Assembly (NCBI GenBank): GCA_017640485.1
Contig: JAEPQP010000002.1
Coordinates: 2,036 to 66,035, forward strand
Reading direction: 5' to 3'
DNA: 64,000 nucleotides
Source of the DNA: Phycisphaerales bacterium
GTDB lineage: Bacteria; Planctomycetota; Phycisphaerae; Phycisphaerales; UBA1924
Positions 28,337 through 37,156 of the stretch are shown here, in pieces. Under the pieces are notes generated by a model that was not told where the DNA came from, ran no database searches, and was given only the letters and a program-made list of their open reading frames with translations. The translations under genes were made by a program, and so were the position numbers. Positions within the stretch are counted from its first letter, which is position 1. Each line of letters starts with the position of its first letter.

Positions 28337-30055
28337 ATGGACTCTTGGCATCTGCTGCTTGATATTCTGATTCTGCTCGGCGGGGCGCTCGTGCTCGGGG
28401 TGGTGTGTGAACGGCTTCGGCAGTCGCCGATCCTTGGGTATCTCGCGGCGGGGACGCTGCTGGGTCCCAACGCGTTGCAGATCGTTTCGACCGCTGATGA
28501 GGTGACGGTGCTCGCGGAGCTTGGGGTGGCGCTGCTGCTGTTTACCATCGGGCTCGAGTTCTCCTGGCCGCGGCTCAAGAAACTCGGTTCGGCGGCGTTC
28601 GGAGGCGGGACGGGGCAGGTGCTGGTGACGCTCGGGCTCGCGGCGGGGTGCGCGATGATCCTTGGTTTGAACTTCCGTTCCTCGCTCGCGATCGGTGCGA
28701 TCGTGGCGCTGAGCAGCACAGCGGTGGTGCTCAGGCTGTTGATTTCGCGCGCCGAGATCGAGAGTGCGCACGGGCGTTTTGCGCTTGGGATCCTGCTGAT
28801 GCAGGATGTCGCGGTGGTGCCTTTGGTGCTGCTGGTGACGGTGATCGGCGAGGGTGGATCACTCCAAGAGATGAGCAAGGATATCTCGCTGGCGATCGTG
28901 GGGGCGCTCGGGCTGGTGGCGGTGTTGTATGTGCTGCTCAACAAGGTCGCGCCGAAGGTGATGGGGCTCGGCGAGATGCAGCGGAACCGGGACCTGCCGA
29001 TCTTGCTTGCGATCGTGATCGGTCTGGGTTCAACATGGGGATCGCACAAGCTCGGCTTGTCTCCGGCGCTGGGGGCGTTCGTCGCAGGGATGATCCTCGC
29101 GGAGTCTCCTTTTGCGACGCAGATGCGCGCCGATATCGGATCGATCCGTACGCTGCTGGTGACGCTGTTCTTCAGTTCGATCGGGATGCTCGGCGATCCG
29201 GCGTGGTTCCTGAGTCATCTGCCGCAGGTGCTCGGGTTTGTCGCGGCGATTGTCATCGGCAAGAGCGTGGTGATTTGGGCTGTCCTCAAGAGCTTCGGGC
29301 TTACGCATCGGCACGCGCTGGCCGCGGGAATTTGTCTTGGTCAGGTCGGGGAGTTCTCGTTTGTGCTCGCGGCGGTGGCGCGGGGGACGGTGATCAGCGA
29401 GGAGATGTTCACGCTGATTATTTCGTCCACGATTGTGACGCTGTTTTTGACGCCGTATCTGGTGGCGTTTGCGCCGAGGGTGTCGGGCGCGGTGGTTGGG
29501 GTGCTCGAACGCGCGGGGGTTGTGAAAGCGGGGGCGCTTGAGACGGTCGGGGAGCAATCAGCGGCGAGCGATCGGTTGGTGGTGATCGGGTTTGGTCCTG
29601 CGGGCGAAGCGGTGGCGCACGCGCTGGACGGGCACGAGGATCGGGTGACGGTTCTGGATCTGAACCCTTCGAGTATCCGTCGCGCCAATCAGCTGGGGTA
29701 CTCGGCGCACATCGGGAACGCGGCTCAGGCGGAGGTGCTCGAGCATGCGGGTGTTGAGAACGCGAGCGCGGTGGTGGTGACGGTTCCGGATCCCGGCGCT
29801 GCGCGGGAGATCGTGGAGCTTGTGAGGACGCTGGCGCCGGGGGTGCACATCATCGCGCGGGCGCGGTACCACCGGTTCTTCGAGGACATCCAGCGCGGCG
29901 GGGCGGATGATGTGGTGAACGAGGAGTGGATCGTGGGCGCGATCCTCGCGTCGCGTGTGCGGGCGCGTTTGCGCAAGAGCGAGCAAGTTGATGAGGCTGT
30001 GCTTGAGCAAGAGGACGACCGATCCAGCGATCAGCCGCTGGATGATCAGGACTGA
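28337..30055 (+). CDS. CPA2-family cation:proton antiporter with RCK/TrkA-N domain (KefB/KefC-like)
   Basis: About 12 TM Na_H_exchanger-type core (ILGYLAAGTLLGPNAL) followed by LVVIGFGPAGEAVAHAL, a Rossmann-type RCK N domain. Confidence 0.85.
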   Translation: MDSWHLLLDILILLGGALVLGVVCERLRQSPILGYLAAGTLLGPNALQIVSTADEVTVLAELGVALLLFTIGLEFSWPRLKKLGSAAFGGGTGQVLVTLGLAAGCAMILGLNFRSSLAIGAIVALSSTAVVLRLLISRAEIESAHGRFALGILLMQDVAVVPLVLLVTVIGEGGSLQEMSKDISLAIVGALGLVAVLYVLLNKVAPKVMGLGEMQRNRDLPILLAIVIGLGSTWGSHKLGLSPALGAFVAGMILAESPFATQMRADIGSIRTLLVTLFFSSIGMLGDPAWFLSHLPQVLGFVAAIVIGKSVVIWAVLKSFGLTHRHALAAGICLGQVGEFSFVLAAVARGTVISEEMFTLIISSTIVTLFLTPYLVAFAPRVSGAVVGVLERAGVVKAGALETVGEQSAASDRLVVIGFGPAGEAVAHALDGHEDRVTVLDLNPSSIRRANQLGYSAHIGNAAQAEVLEHAGVENASAVVVTVPDPGAAREIVELVRTLAPGVHIIARARYHRFFEDIQRGGADDVVNEEWIVGAILASRVRARLRKSEQVDEAVLEQEDDRSSDQPLDDQD

Positions 30056-30355
30056 TTAGTCGTCGAGGGAGATGGACTTGGGTCCTTCTTTGCCTGCGGT
30101 GCGTTCCATGTAGCCGTCGCCTCGTTTTTCGTATTTGGTGAATCCGAGTCGGTCGAGGTTCTCGTTGGAGAGCTGTGATTTGCCTTTCATGTCGGACCAT
30201 TTGCCGGCGATGTTTGGGGGCTGGATTACGCGCTCGACGGGACGGCCCTCGTGCTCGGTGAGCGCGTCTTCGGACATCTGCTGGATGATCTCGAAGGTGG
30301 GTTCGCCGGTGGGTTCGCCTTGCTCGTTGAGGTATTGGTAGACATAGATGGGCAT
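30056..30355 (-). CDS. hypothetical small protein (FmdB-like N-terminus lacking cysteines)
   Basis: ATG 30355. MPIYVYQYLNEQGEPTGEPTFEIIQ resembles the MPIYEY.C..CG start of FmdB-type zinc ribbons, but no Cys are present. Confidence 0.4.
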   Translation of the reverse strand: MPIYVYQYLNEQGEPTGEPTFEIIQQMSEDALTEHEGRPVERVIQPPNIAGKWSDMKGKSQLSNENLDRLGFTKYEKRGDGYMERTAGKEGPKSISLDD

Positions 30356-30393
30356 GTGGTGATCCTGATGGGGGGCCTGATTCTGCTTGTATT

Positions 30394-31755
30394 CTAGGGG
30401 AGTTTGAGGCCGAGGGTGGATTCGAGGATCTGTGCTTTGGTGAGGGTTTCGCGCCACTCGGATTCGGGGTCGGAGTCGGCGACGATTCCCGCGCCGGTGC
30501 GATAGGTGAGTGTTGCGGTTTCGAAGCTGTCGGGGGAGGCCGGGGAGGGGGTGCCTTGGATGTGGAGGGTTCTGATGTTGACGGACGCGTGGAATGATCC
30601 GTCTGGATCGAGCGCGAGTGTTGATCCGCAGTACGGGCCTCGGTCGTCTTGGTGGGGGTGGAGTTGGGACTCGAGTTCGTGGATGATCTGCATCGCACGG
30701 ACTTTGGGAGCGCCGGTGATGGATCCTGGGGGGAAGGTGGCGCGGAGGATGTCTGCGAGGTTGGCGGATGGTTTGGGTGTGGAGGTGATGGTTGCGGTGG
30801 CTTGGTGGACGGAGTTGTGGTGGGTGGTGATCTGACGAGGGTTGGTGACCTTGACGGAAGCGGGGATGGAGATGCGGGTGAGATCGTTGCGCATGAGGTC
30901 GGTGATCATGTTGAGCTCGGCGCGGTCTTTCTCGGAGTGGTAAAGGAGGGCGGGGTCGGTCGATGCGGGGCTGGTGCCTTTCATCGGGGTGGTGGTCAGC
31001 ACGTTGTCGCTTGGCGAATAGGTGAGGAAGGATTCGGGCGAGAGGGAGATGATCGCGTGGCGGGTGTGTGGGTTGGTATCGAAGCAGATGCAAGAGCCTT
31101 GCGCGGGGGCAGTCTGGGTGAAGAGGTGCTGGGCGAGTGACTGGGAGGACCCGACGAATGGGACGGTGATGGGGTGGGTGAGGTTGACCTGGTAGATGTC
31201 CCCGGCGGCGATGTACTCTTTGGCGCGGGTGACCATGTGGGTGTAGGTGTGCATGGGGATCAGTGTGGTTTGGGTTGGGTCGATCGAGTATGGGTGCGCG
31301 GGGAGTTCTTGTTGAGCCGGATCGATGGGGCGGGCGCGCTGGGCGATGATGTCGGGGAAGGTGGAATCGGGGCGCGGGACCGTGGGCTCGATCGTCGAGG
31401 CGAGGTTGTACGCGAGGGTGATGATCCAGTGATTGGATGGGTGCTGGTCGATCAGGGACTGAAGATCGGAGAGTGGGTCTGATTCAGGATCTGATTCTGG
31501 ATCTGGGGCGTTCCTGATGAGGTGGGTATCGAGGATGTGGAGATGGGAAGCGCGAGACCCCAGACCCGAAAGGATCGAGCGATGGATTTGGTTGGTCGCG
31601 GTCGGGGTGGTCACGGGAGATGGTATGGCGGGTGGTCTATTGATAATGTCTGGGTCAGGGAGTTCTGATACACTGATTGGTGATTGCGTGCGGCGGATCG
31701 TGCGTTTTGGAGTGTGATTGGAGCAGGTGCGCGATGGCAAAGAAGAAGCGTTCAA
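30394..31755 (-). CDS. pabB: chorismate-binding enzyme, aminodeoxychorismate synthase component I-like
   Basis: GDIYQVNL, MITDLMRNDL, PPGSITGAPKVRAMQII and GAGIVADSDPESEW are chorismate-utilising enzyme motifs. The start is uncertain, because the maximal ORF overlaps the divergent ppdK ORF by 22 nt. The pabB versus trpE assignment is inferred from the pabC-like gene at 42850. Confidence 0.65.
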   Translation of the reverse strand: MNASSLPSRTCSNHTPKRTIRRTQSPISVSELPDPDIINRPPAIPSPVTTPTATNQIHRSILSGLGSRASHLHILDTHLIRNAPDPESDPESDPLSDLQSLIDQHPSNHWIITLAYNLASTIEPTVPRPDSTFPDIIAQRARPIDPAQQELPAHPYSIDPTQTTLIPMHTYTHMVTRAKEYIAAGDIYQVNLTHPITVPFVGSSQSLAQHLFTQTAPAQGSCICFDTNPHTRHAIISLSPESFLTYSPSDNVLTTTPMKGTSPASTDPALLYHSEKDRAELNMITDLMRNDLTRISIPASVKVTNPRQITTHHNSVHQATATITSTPKPSANLADILRATFPPGSITGAPKVRAMQIIHELESQLHPHQDDRGPYCGSTLALDPDGSFHASVNIRTLHIQGTPSPASPDSFETATLTYRTGAGIVADSDPESEWRETLTKAQILESTLGLKLP

Positions 31756-34697
31756 AGAAGGGATCGAAAAAGACGACCAAGAAGACCACGCATCAGGGGA
31801 AGGGGGCGGGGAAGAAGACGGGGAAGAAGGCGGTCAAAAAGATCGGGAAGAAGGTTGCGAAGAAAGCGGCTGGAAAGAAATCGGGGGACGGGAAGAAAAT
31901 GAGCAAGAAGAGCGCGAAGCGTCACGCGGGTGCGGTGCGGAAGAACGCGCCGCGCAAAAGCGGGAAGAAGGTTGCACGCAAGGGGGGCAAGGGCGCCGGT
32001 CAAACAAGGAAGTCAACGGGCAAGCGCGTCAAGCGTGTGGTTGCGGGGAAGATGGTGTATGCGTTCGGGGCGCGGACGGAGGGGGACGGGTCGATGCGCG
32101 CGCTGCTGGGCGGGAAGGGCGCGAATCTCGCGGAGATGACAGCGCTCGGGCTTCCTGTGCCTCCTGGGTTCACGATTACGACGGAGGCGTGCGCGGAGTA
32201 CTACTCGAACAAGAAGCGGGTTCCCAAGCGGCTCATGGAAGAGGTGGGCTCGCAGATGCGGGCGCTGGAGAAGCAGCGCGGGAAGGTGTTCGGGGATGAG
32301 GGTGATCCGTTGCTGGTGTCGGTGCGGTCGGGTGCGGCGGCGTCGATGCCTGGGATGATGGACACGATTCTGAATCTTGGTTTGAATGATCGTTCGGTGC
32401 GCGGGCTCGCGGAACTGACGGGCAACGAGCGGTTCGCGTTTGATGCGTATCGACGGCTGATCAACATGTTCGGGAATGTGGTGATGGGGGTGGAGCACAG
32501 TTACTTCGAGCAGGCGTTTGACATTATCAAGGAACGCTACGGGGTGGAGGCGGATACGGATGTTCCTGCGGAGGGGCTGCGGGATGTGTGCGAGTCGTAC
32601 AAATCGGTGTACGAGATGCATGTCGGGAAGAAGTTCCCCCAGGATCCGATGGTGCAGCTCAAAGCGGCGGTCGAAGCGGTCTTCGGGTCGTGGATGGCGG
32701 AGAAGGCGGTGACCTTCCGCGCGATCGAGGGGCGCCGGAATGAGGCGATCCGTGGGCTGACGGGCACGGCGGTCAATGTACAGGCGATGGTGTTCGGGAA
32801 TATGGGCGATGATTGCGGGACGGGTGTCGCGTTCACGCGGAATCCTTCGACAGGTCAGAACACATTCTTTGGGGAGTTCCTGGTCAATGCGCAGGGGGAG
32901 GATGTGGTCGCCGGGATCCGGACGCCGAGGCCTGTCGCGGAGATGCGCGGGTGGAACACGAAGTTGTATGCGCGGCTCCTTGAGATCAAGAGCATTCTTG
33001 AGGGGCATTACCGCGATGTGCAGGACATCGAGTTCACGATTGAGTGCGGCGAGTTGTTCATGCTCCAGACGCGGACGGGCAAGCGGACGGGGATGGCGGC
33101 GGTGAAGATTGCGTGTGATCTGGTGCGGGAGAAGTTGATCACTGAGGAGGAAGCGCTGCTTCGGGTGCCTGCTTCGGATCTGATTCAGTTGCTGCTGCCG
33201 TATTTTGATCCGAACGCAAAGGCGGACAACGAGGCGCTCACGGTCGGGCTCCCGGCGTCTCCGGGCGCTTCGGTCGGGCATCCGGCGTTCACGGCGGAGG
33301 AAGCCGTGGAACGGGCGGCGCGGGGGGAGAAGGTGATCTTGGTGCGCAAGGAGACGAGTCCGGAGGATGTGGACGGGATGAACAGCGCGGCGGGGATCCT
33401 GACGAGCACTGGGGGGATGACTTCGCACGCGGCGGTGGTCGCGCGCGGGTGGGGCAAGTGCTGCGTCGCGGGTGCGAGCGGTGTACACATCCATGAGGAG
33501 GAGGGTGTCTTCGAGGTTGGTGGTCGGACCTTTGGGCGCGGGGATCTGATCTCGATTGATGGATCGACAGGGGAGCTGTTCTCGGGGTCGCTCGCGAGGG
33601 TTGAGCCTGAGGGGATCTCGGGTGACTTTGCGAAGTTGATGCGCTGGGCGGACAAGCATCGGACGCTCGCGGTGCGGACGAACGCGGATACGCCTGCGGA
33701 TGCGGCGCGTGCGCGTTCGTTTGGGGCGCAGGGGATCGGGCTGACGCGGACGGAGCACATGTTCTTTGAGGGGGAGCGGATCGTGGCGATGCGGGAGATG
33801 ATCCTTGCGGAGACAACGGCGGATCGTGAGCTGGCGCTCGAGAAGTTGCTCCCGTTCCAGCGCGAGGACTTTGTGGGGATCTTCACGGCGATGAAGGGGC
33901 TCCCGGTGACGATCCGGTTGTTGGATCCTCCGTTGCACGAGTTCTTGCCGCACGAGCAGGAGGCGATCCAGCGGGTGGCGGTGAATCAGGAGTTGTCGGT
34001 TGATGCGGTTCGGAGGCGCGTCGCGATGCTGCACGAGGCGAACCCGATGATGGGACATCGCGGGTGTCGATTGGCGATCAGTTATCCGGAGATCCTGAGC
34101 ATGCAGGTCCGCGCGATTGTCGAGGCGGCGATCGAGTGTTCGCTCAACAAGATCAAGGCGGTCCCCGAGATCATGATCCCGTTGGTGGGGACGCACCAGG
34201 AATTGGCGATCCTGCGGGCGCACGCGGAGGAGGTGATCGCGGCGGTGAAGAAGGAGCACGGGTTCCGGAGGAAACTCGCGATCACAATCGGGACGATGAT
34301 CGAGATCCCGCGCGCGGCACTGACGGCTGATGAGATCGCGGAGCATGCGGACTTCTTTAGTTTCGGGACCAACGACCTGACGCAGCTCGCGTTCGGGTAT
34401 TCACGCGATGACATCAATAGTTTCTTGCCGGAGTATTTGCAGCGGGAGATTCTGCTCGAGGATCCGTTCCAGAGTCTGGATCAATCGGGGGTTGGGCAGC
34501 TGGTCACGATGGGGGTCGAGAAGGGACGCGGGATCAAGGAAGGCTTGAAGGTCGGGATCTGCGGCGAGCACGGCGGGGATCCCAAGAGTGTGTGGTTCTG
34601 TCATCGGGAGGGGCTTGATTATGTGAGTTGCTCGCCGTTCCGGGTGCCGATCGCGCGGCTCGCAGCGGCGCAGGCGGCGATCTTAGATATTCAATAG
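31734..34697 (+). CDS. ppdK: pyruvate, phosphate dikinase with in-frame Lys-rich N-terminal extension
   Basis: The canonical PPDK core starts at MVYAFG (ATG 32052): GGKGANLAEM, GGMTSHAAVVARG (phospho-His) and NDLTQ. The frame is open upstream to ATG 31734, encoding MAKKKRSKKGSKKTTKK... Confidence 0.9.
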   Translation: MAKKKRSKKGSKKTTKKTTHQGKGAGKKTGKKAVKKIGKKVAKKAAGKKSGDGKKMSKKSAKRHAGAVRKNAPRKSGKKVARKGGKGAGQTRKSTGKRVKRVVAGKMVYAFGARTEGDGSMRALLGGKGANLAEMTALGLPVPPGFTITTEACAEYYSNKKRVPKRLMEEVGSQMRALEKQRGKVFGDEGDPLLVSVRSGAAASMPGMMDTILNLGLNDRSVRGLAELTGNERFAFDAYRRLINMFGNVVMGVEHSYFEQAFDIIKERYGVEADTDVPAEGLRDVCESYKSVYEMHVGKKFPQDPMVQLKAAVEAVFGSWMAEKAVTFRAIEGRRNEAIRGLTGTAVNVQAMVFGNMGDDCGTGVAFTRNPSTGQNTFFGEFLVNAQGEDVVAGIRTPRPVAEMRGWNTKLYARLLEIKSILEGHYRDVQDIEFTIECGELFMLQTRTGKRTGMAAVKIACDLVREKLITEEEALLRVPASDLIQLLLPYFDPNAKADNEALTVGLPASPGASVGHPAFTAEEAVERAARGEKVILVRKETSPEDVDGMNSAAGILTSTGGMTSHAAVVARGWGKCCVAGASGVHIHEEEGVFEVGGRTFGRGDLISIDGSTGELFSGSLARVEPEGISGDFAKLMRWADKHRTLAVRTNADTPADAARARSFGAQGIGLTRTEHMFFEGERIVAMREMILAETTADRELALEKLLPFQREDFVGIFTAMKGLPVTIRLLDPPLHEFLPHEQEAIQRVAVNQELSVDAVRRRVAMLHEANPMMGHRGCRLAISYPEILSMQVRAIVEAAIECSLNKIKAVPEIMIPLVGTHQELAILRAHAEEVIAAVKKEHGFRRKLAITIGTMIEIPRAALTADEIAEHADFFSFGTNDLTQLAFGYSRDDINSFLPEYLQREILLEDPFQSLDQSGVGQLVTMGVEKGRGIKEGLKVGICGEHGGDPKSVWFCHREGLDYVSCSPFRVPIARLAAAQAAILDIQ

Positions 34698-34714
34698 AGT
34701 CTTCGTGGAGAGAC

Positions 34715-35197
34715 ATGATGTCACAATTTGACAAAGAGCTTGATCTTGTACGCTTGGCGGATCGTCAGCGTGAGTTGTTGTATTTGATTCTGGCAATTCT
34801 GTTCGGCTGGGCAGTGCTGTTTAGTGGGCTTGCAGTGCCGCAGTATTCGGATGTGATGGCTGCGGTGGGCTTTCTGATCATGCTACTTGCCCAGTTACTT
34901 GCATTCATTCAGTTGTTTCGGGTATGCGGTGCACTACAGATCAGTAAGTTGATTCCACTGCTCATGCTGCTAGGAATTTTCATTCCGCTCCTCGGATTGA
35001 TTGTGTTGATTATCATTAGCTCCAAGGCGAACTCGAAACTGAAGATGTCGGGCGCGAAGATCGGGTTGCTTGGTGTGCCTCGGTCGGAGTATCCGAAATT
35101 GAGGGGTGGGCACTGTCCGAAATGCGGATACTCCCGACAAGGTCTTGAATTGTTAGAGGCCTGTCCAGAGTGTGGGCGTGTGCCTCAGGTGATCTGA
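34715..35197 (+). CDS. multi-TM protein with C-terminal zinc ribbon (CPKCGY...CPECGRVPQVI)
   Basis: ATG 34715. There are 3-4 hydrophobic helices, then GHCPKCGYSRQGLELLEACPECGRVPQVI. G+C is lower than in neighbours (two lines hand-counted at 27/60). Confidence 0.6.
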   Translation: MMSQFDKELDLVRLADRQRELLYLILAILFGWAVLFSGLAVPQYSDVMAAVGFLIMLLAQLLAFIQLFRVCGALQISKLIPLLMLLGIFIPLLGLIVLIIISSKANSKLKMSGAKIGLLGVPRSEYPKLRGGHCPKCGYSRQGLELLEACPECGRVPQVI

Positions 35198-35257
35198 TGG
35201 GTTTGGGTGGCGGCAGCGCAGGCGGCGATCCTGAGTGGTGGATCGTGAGGAGGAACG

Positions 35258-35737
35258 ATGGCGCAGAAAACAATCTTTGATCTGGATCTGGTGAATATCG
35301 CACGCTGGCACCGGCGGTGTGTGGTGCTCGTGATGATTGTGCTGCTGATGGTGGTGGGCATGATCCTGAGTTCGGTGAACTCGATCGCGATCCCGGAGTT
35401 GGTGTCGTTTGCTGTGGGCGTTTTGTATCTGGTCGCGATTGTGGCTTCGATTGTCTTTGTGGTGATCCTTCAGCACGCGTGCGGGTCGGGCTGGTTCGAG
35501 GCGGCGTTGTACGGCGTGATCACGGTGTTCTTTTCGTTTTTGATTTTGCTGGTCTCCATCTCAAGGGCGGGGACCATCCTGCGGCTTGCGGGTGCGAAGC
35601 CGGGGTTCTTTGGGTTTGGTCCTGACCAATGGGACAAGCTGCGTCCGGGTCATTGTCGGGGGTGTGGGTATGACCGGGAGGGGCTTGAGTTGCTGCAGGG
35701 GTGTCCGGAGTGTCAGCGCGTGCCTCGGGTGATCTGA
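35258..35737 (+). CDS. multi-TM protein with C-terminal zinc ribbon (paralog of 34715..35197)
   Basis: Same architecture, ending GHCRGCGYDREGLELLQGCPECQRVPRVI. Confidence 0.6.
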   Translation: MAQKTIFDLDLVNIARWHRRCVVLVMIVLLMVVGMILSSVNSIAIPELVSFAVGVLYLVAIVASIVFVVILQHACGSGWFEAALYGVITVFFSFLILLVSISRAGTILRLAGAKPGFFGFGPDQWDKLRPGHCRGCGYDREGLELLQGCPECQRVPRVI

Positions 35738-35770
35738 TCGGTCGGGGCGGGCTGTGGATCAGTTTGCGGA

Positions 35771-37090
35771 TCAGTTGATGGCTTCGTTGATCGCTGCTCG
35801 GGTTTGATCGATGAGGTCTTGGTGGGTGGTGTCTTTGGAGAAACTGTTGCTGGCGATGATGCGGGAGCGTTCATCGAGCACGATGATGGTGGGGAAGACG
35901 CGGGCTTTGAACTGGGCGGCCATGGTCGGGGAGGGGTTGATCGCGAGTGCGTGGGCAGCGCTTGAGTTGTTGTGGTTGTCGGTGAGGGTTTGGGGGTCGG
36001 ATTCACGGAAGGCGAGGGCGTAGAAGTCGACCGGTGTGGTTGGGTCGGTTGCTTGGATTTCGCGCGCGAGCTCGGCGAAGAGTGGGGTGGTTTGCTTTGA
36101 GGGGATGGACCAGGACCCATAGAAGTAGAGGACGGTGATCCGTCCGGCTTGGGAGGCGCGGGTGACGGTGGTGGATGAGGTGTCGGTGAAGCTGAAGTTG
36201 GGGGCTTGGGGATTGGAGGGGGTTGTGGGCCGAGTGTTTTGTTTGGTTTCGGTCGAGCGGTTGGTCGGCGCGGTGGTGTTGGGTGCTTGGGCGGTTGCTT
36301 TGGGTGGGGTCTGGGCGCGGGCTTTGGTGGTGTCGGAGACTTTGTAGGAATCGGGGCGGAAGACATCGAGCTCGGAGTCTTCTGGTTTCTTGATGGTGAG
36401 GTTCGAGAGCTCCATGATGAGGGTGGCTTTGATCATCCCGGCGTCGGTGATGTGCTCCACGCGTCTTGGGAGGTTGTCGTCGGCGCCGATGTACCAGCGC
36501 TCGAGGTTGTGGGCGCCGACGCCGGAGCGTTTGGAGCCGGCGGATGACGGGCGGGTGATGAGGACGACGCGGCAGTCGGTGCCTGCGATGGATTGGTTGG
36601 GTTCGAGGTCAACGCTGTCGGCTTTGGCGAGTTCGGACTCGAAGGGGTTCTCTTTGAGGAGCTCGGCGAACATGAGGTACTTGAAGGGCGCGGGTTTCTG
36701 ACGCGCGGAGACGGAGGGTGGTCGGATGTTGATGGTCTGCTTGGCGTGGTCGGTCCAGATGAGTTTGGAGGGGGTGTAGACGATGTCGAAGGACTCGGGC
36801 GGGGCGCCTTCTTTTTGGACGAACTCACCGATGAGGTGGAGGACTTTGCCGAGCTCGGAGTGGGTTCCCATCGTGAACTGGGCGTTGAGTGAGGGGAGGG
36901 TATTGAGGATCATCGCGGATCCGTCGCCGGAGAGTTCGACCTTTGCGGAGAATCCTGGGGTCGCTTTGAGGGCGGCGGCGGATTCTTGAAGGATCTGGAC
37001 GGGGTTCTCTTCCTGAGCGTGGGTCTCGGTGGTGAAGAGGGCGGTCAGGAGGACGGCGGCAATGGTCAGGATGCGGAGGGGGGTGTTCAT
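35771..37090 (-). CDS. secreted two-domain protein: LolA/DUF2092-like N-domain + thioredoxin-fold C-domain with SxxS in place of CxxC
   Basis: Signal peptide MNTPLRILTIAAVLLTALFTTETHA, a T/P/Q-rich linker, and C-terminal VLYFYGSWSIPSKQTTP in TlpA/Trx context (normally WCxxC). The Ser codons fall within 36098..36112. Confidence 0.55.
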   Translation of the reverse strand: MNTPLRILTIAAVLLTALFTTETHAQEENPVQILQESAAALKATPGFSAKVELSGDGSAMILNTLPSLNAQFTMGTHSELGKVLHLIGEFVQKEGAPPESFDIVYTPSKLIWTDHAKQTINIRPPSVSARQKPAPFKYLMFAELLKENPFESELAKADSVDLEPNQSIAGTDCRVVLITRPSSAGSKRSGVGAHNLERWYIGADDNLPRRVEHITDAGMIKATLIMELSNLTIKKPEDSELDVFRPDSYKVSDTTKARAQTPPKATAQAPNTTAPTNRSTETKQNTRPTTPSNPQAPNFSFTDTSSTTVTRASQAGRITVLYFYGSWSIPSKQTTPLFAELAREIQATDPTTPVDFYALAFRESDPQTLTDNHNNSSAAHALAINPSPTMAAQFKARVFPTIIVLDERSRIIASNSFSKDTTHQDLIDQTRAAINEAIN

Positions 37091-37156
37091 AACAGGTGCT
37101 CAACGAGGGGGTTGCGGGGGTATTGCGTGATTGTATGCTGGTATTGGAGGGGGCGG

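Noticed and set aside
31476-31507. Short tandem repeat GGATCTGATTC x about 2.5 (encodes DPESDPESDP in the pabB-like N-terminus)
   Set aside because: This is a trivial microsatellite-scale repeat within a poorly conserved N-terminal region. No further significance is evident.
32013-34346. 777-aa minus-strand ORF antisense to ppdK. Similar long ORFs are 42034..43968, 51147..52886, 52887..54956, 13566..15434, 17372..18685, 7918..9111, 55820..56938, 26149..27348, 27357..28109 and 28195..29049.
   Set aside because: Their translations are R/P/H/G/S-rich low-complexity sequence. They lie antisense or out of frame to genes with clear family motifs. Such shadow ORFs are expected in high-GC DNA.
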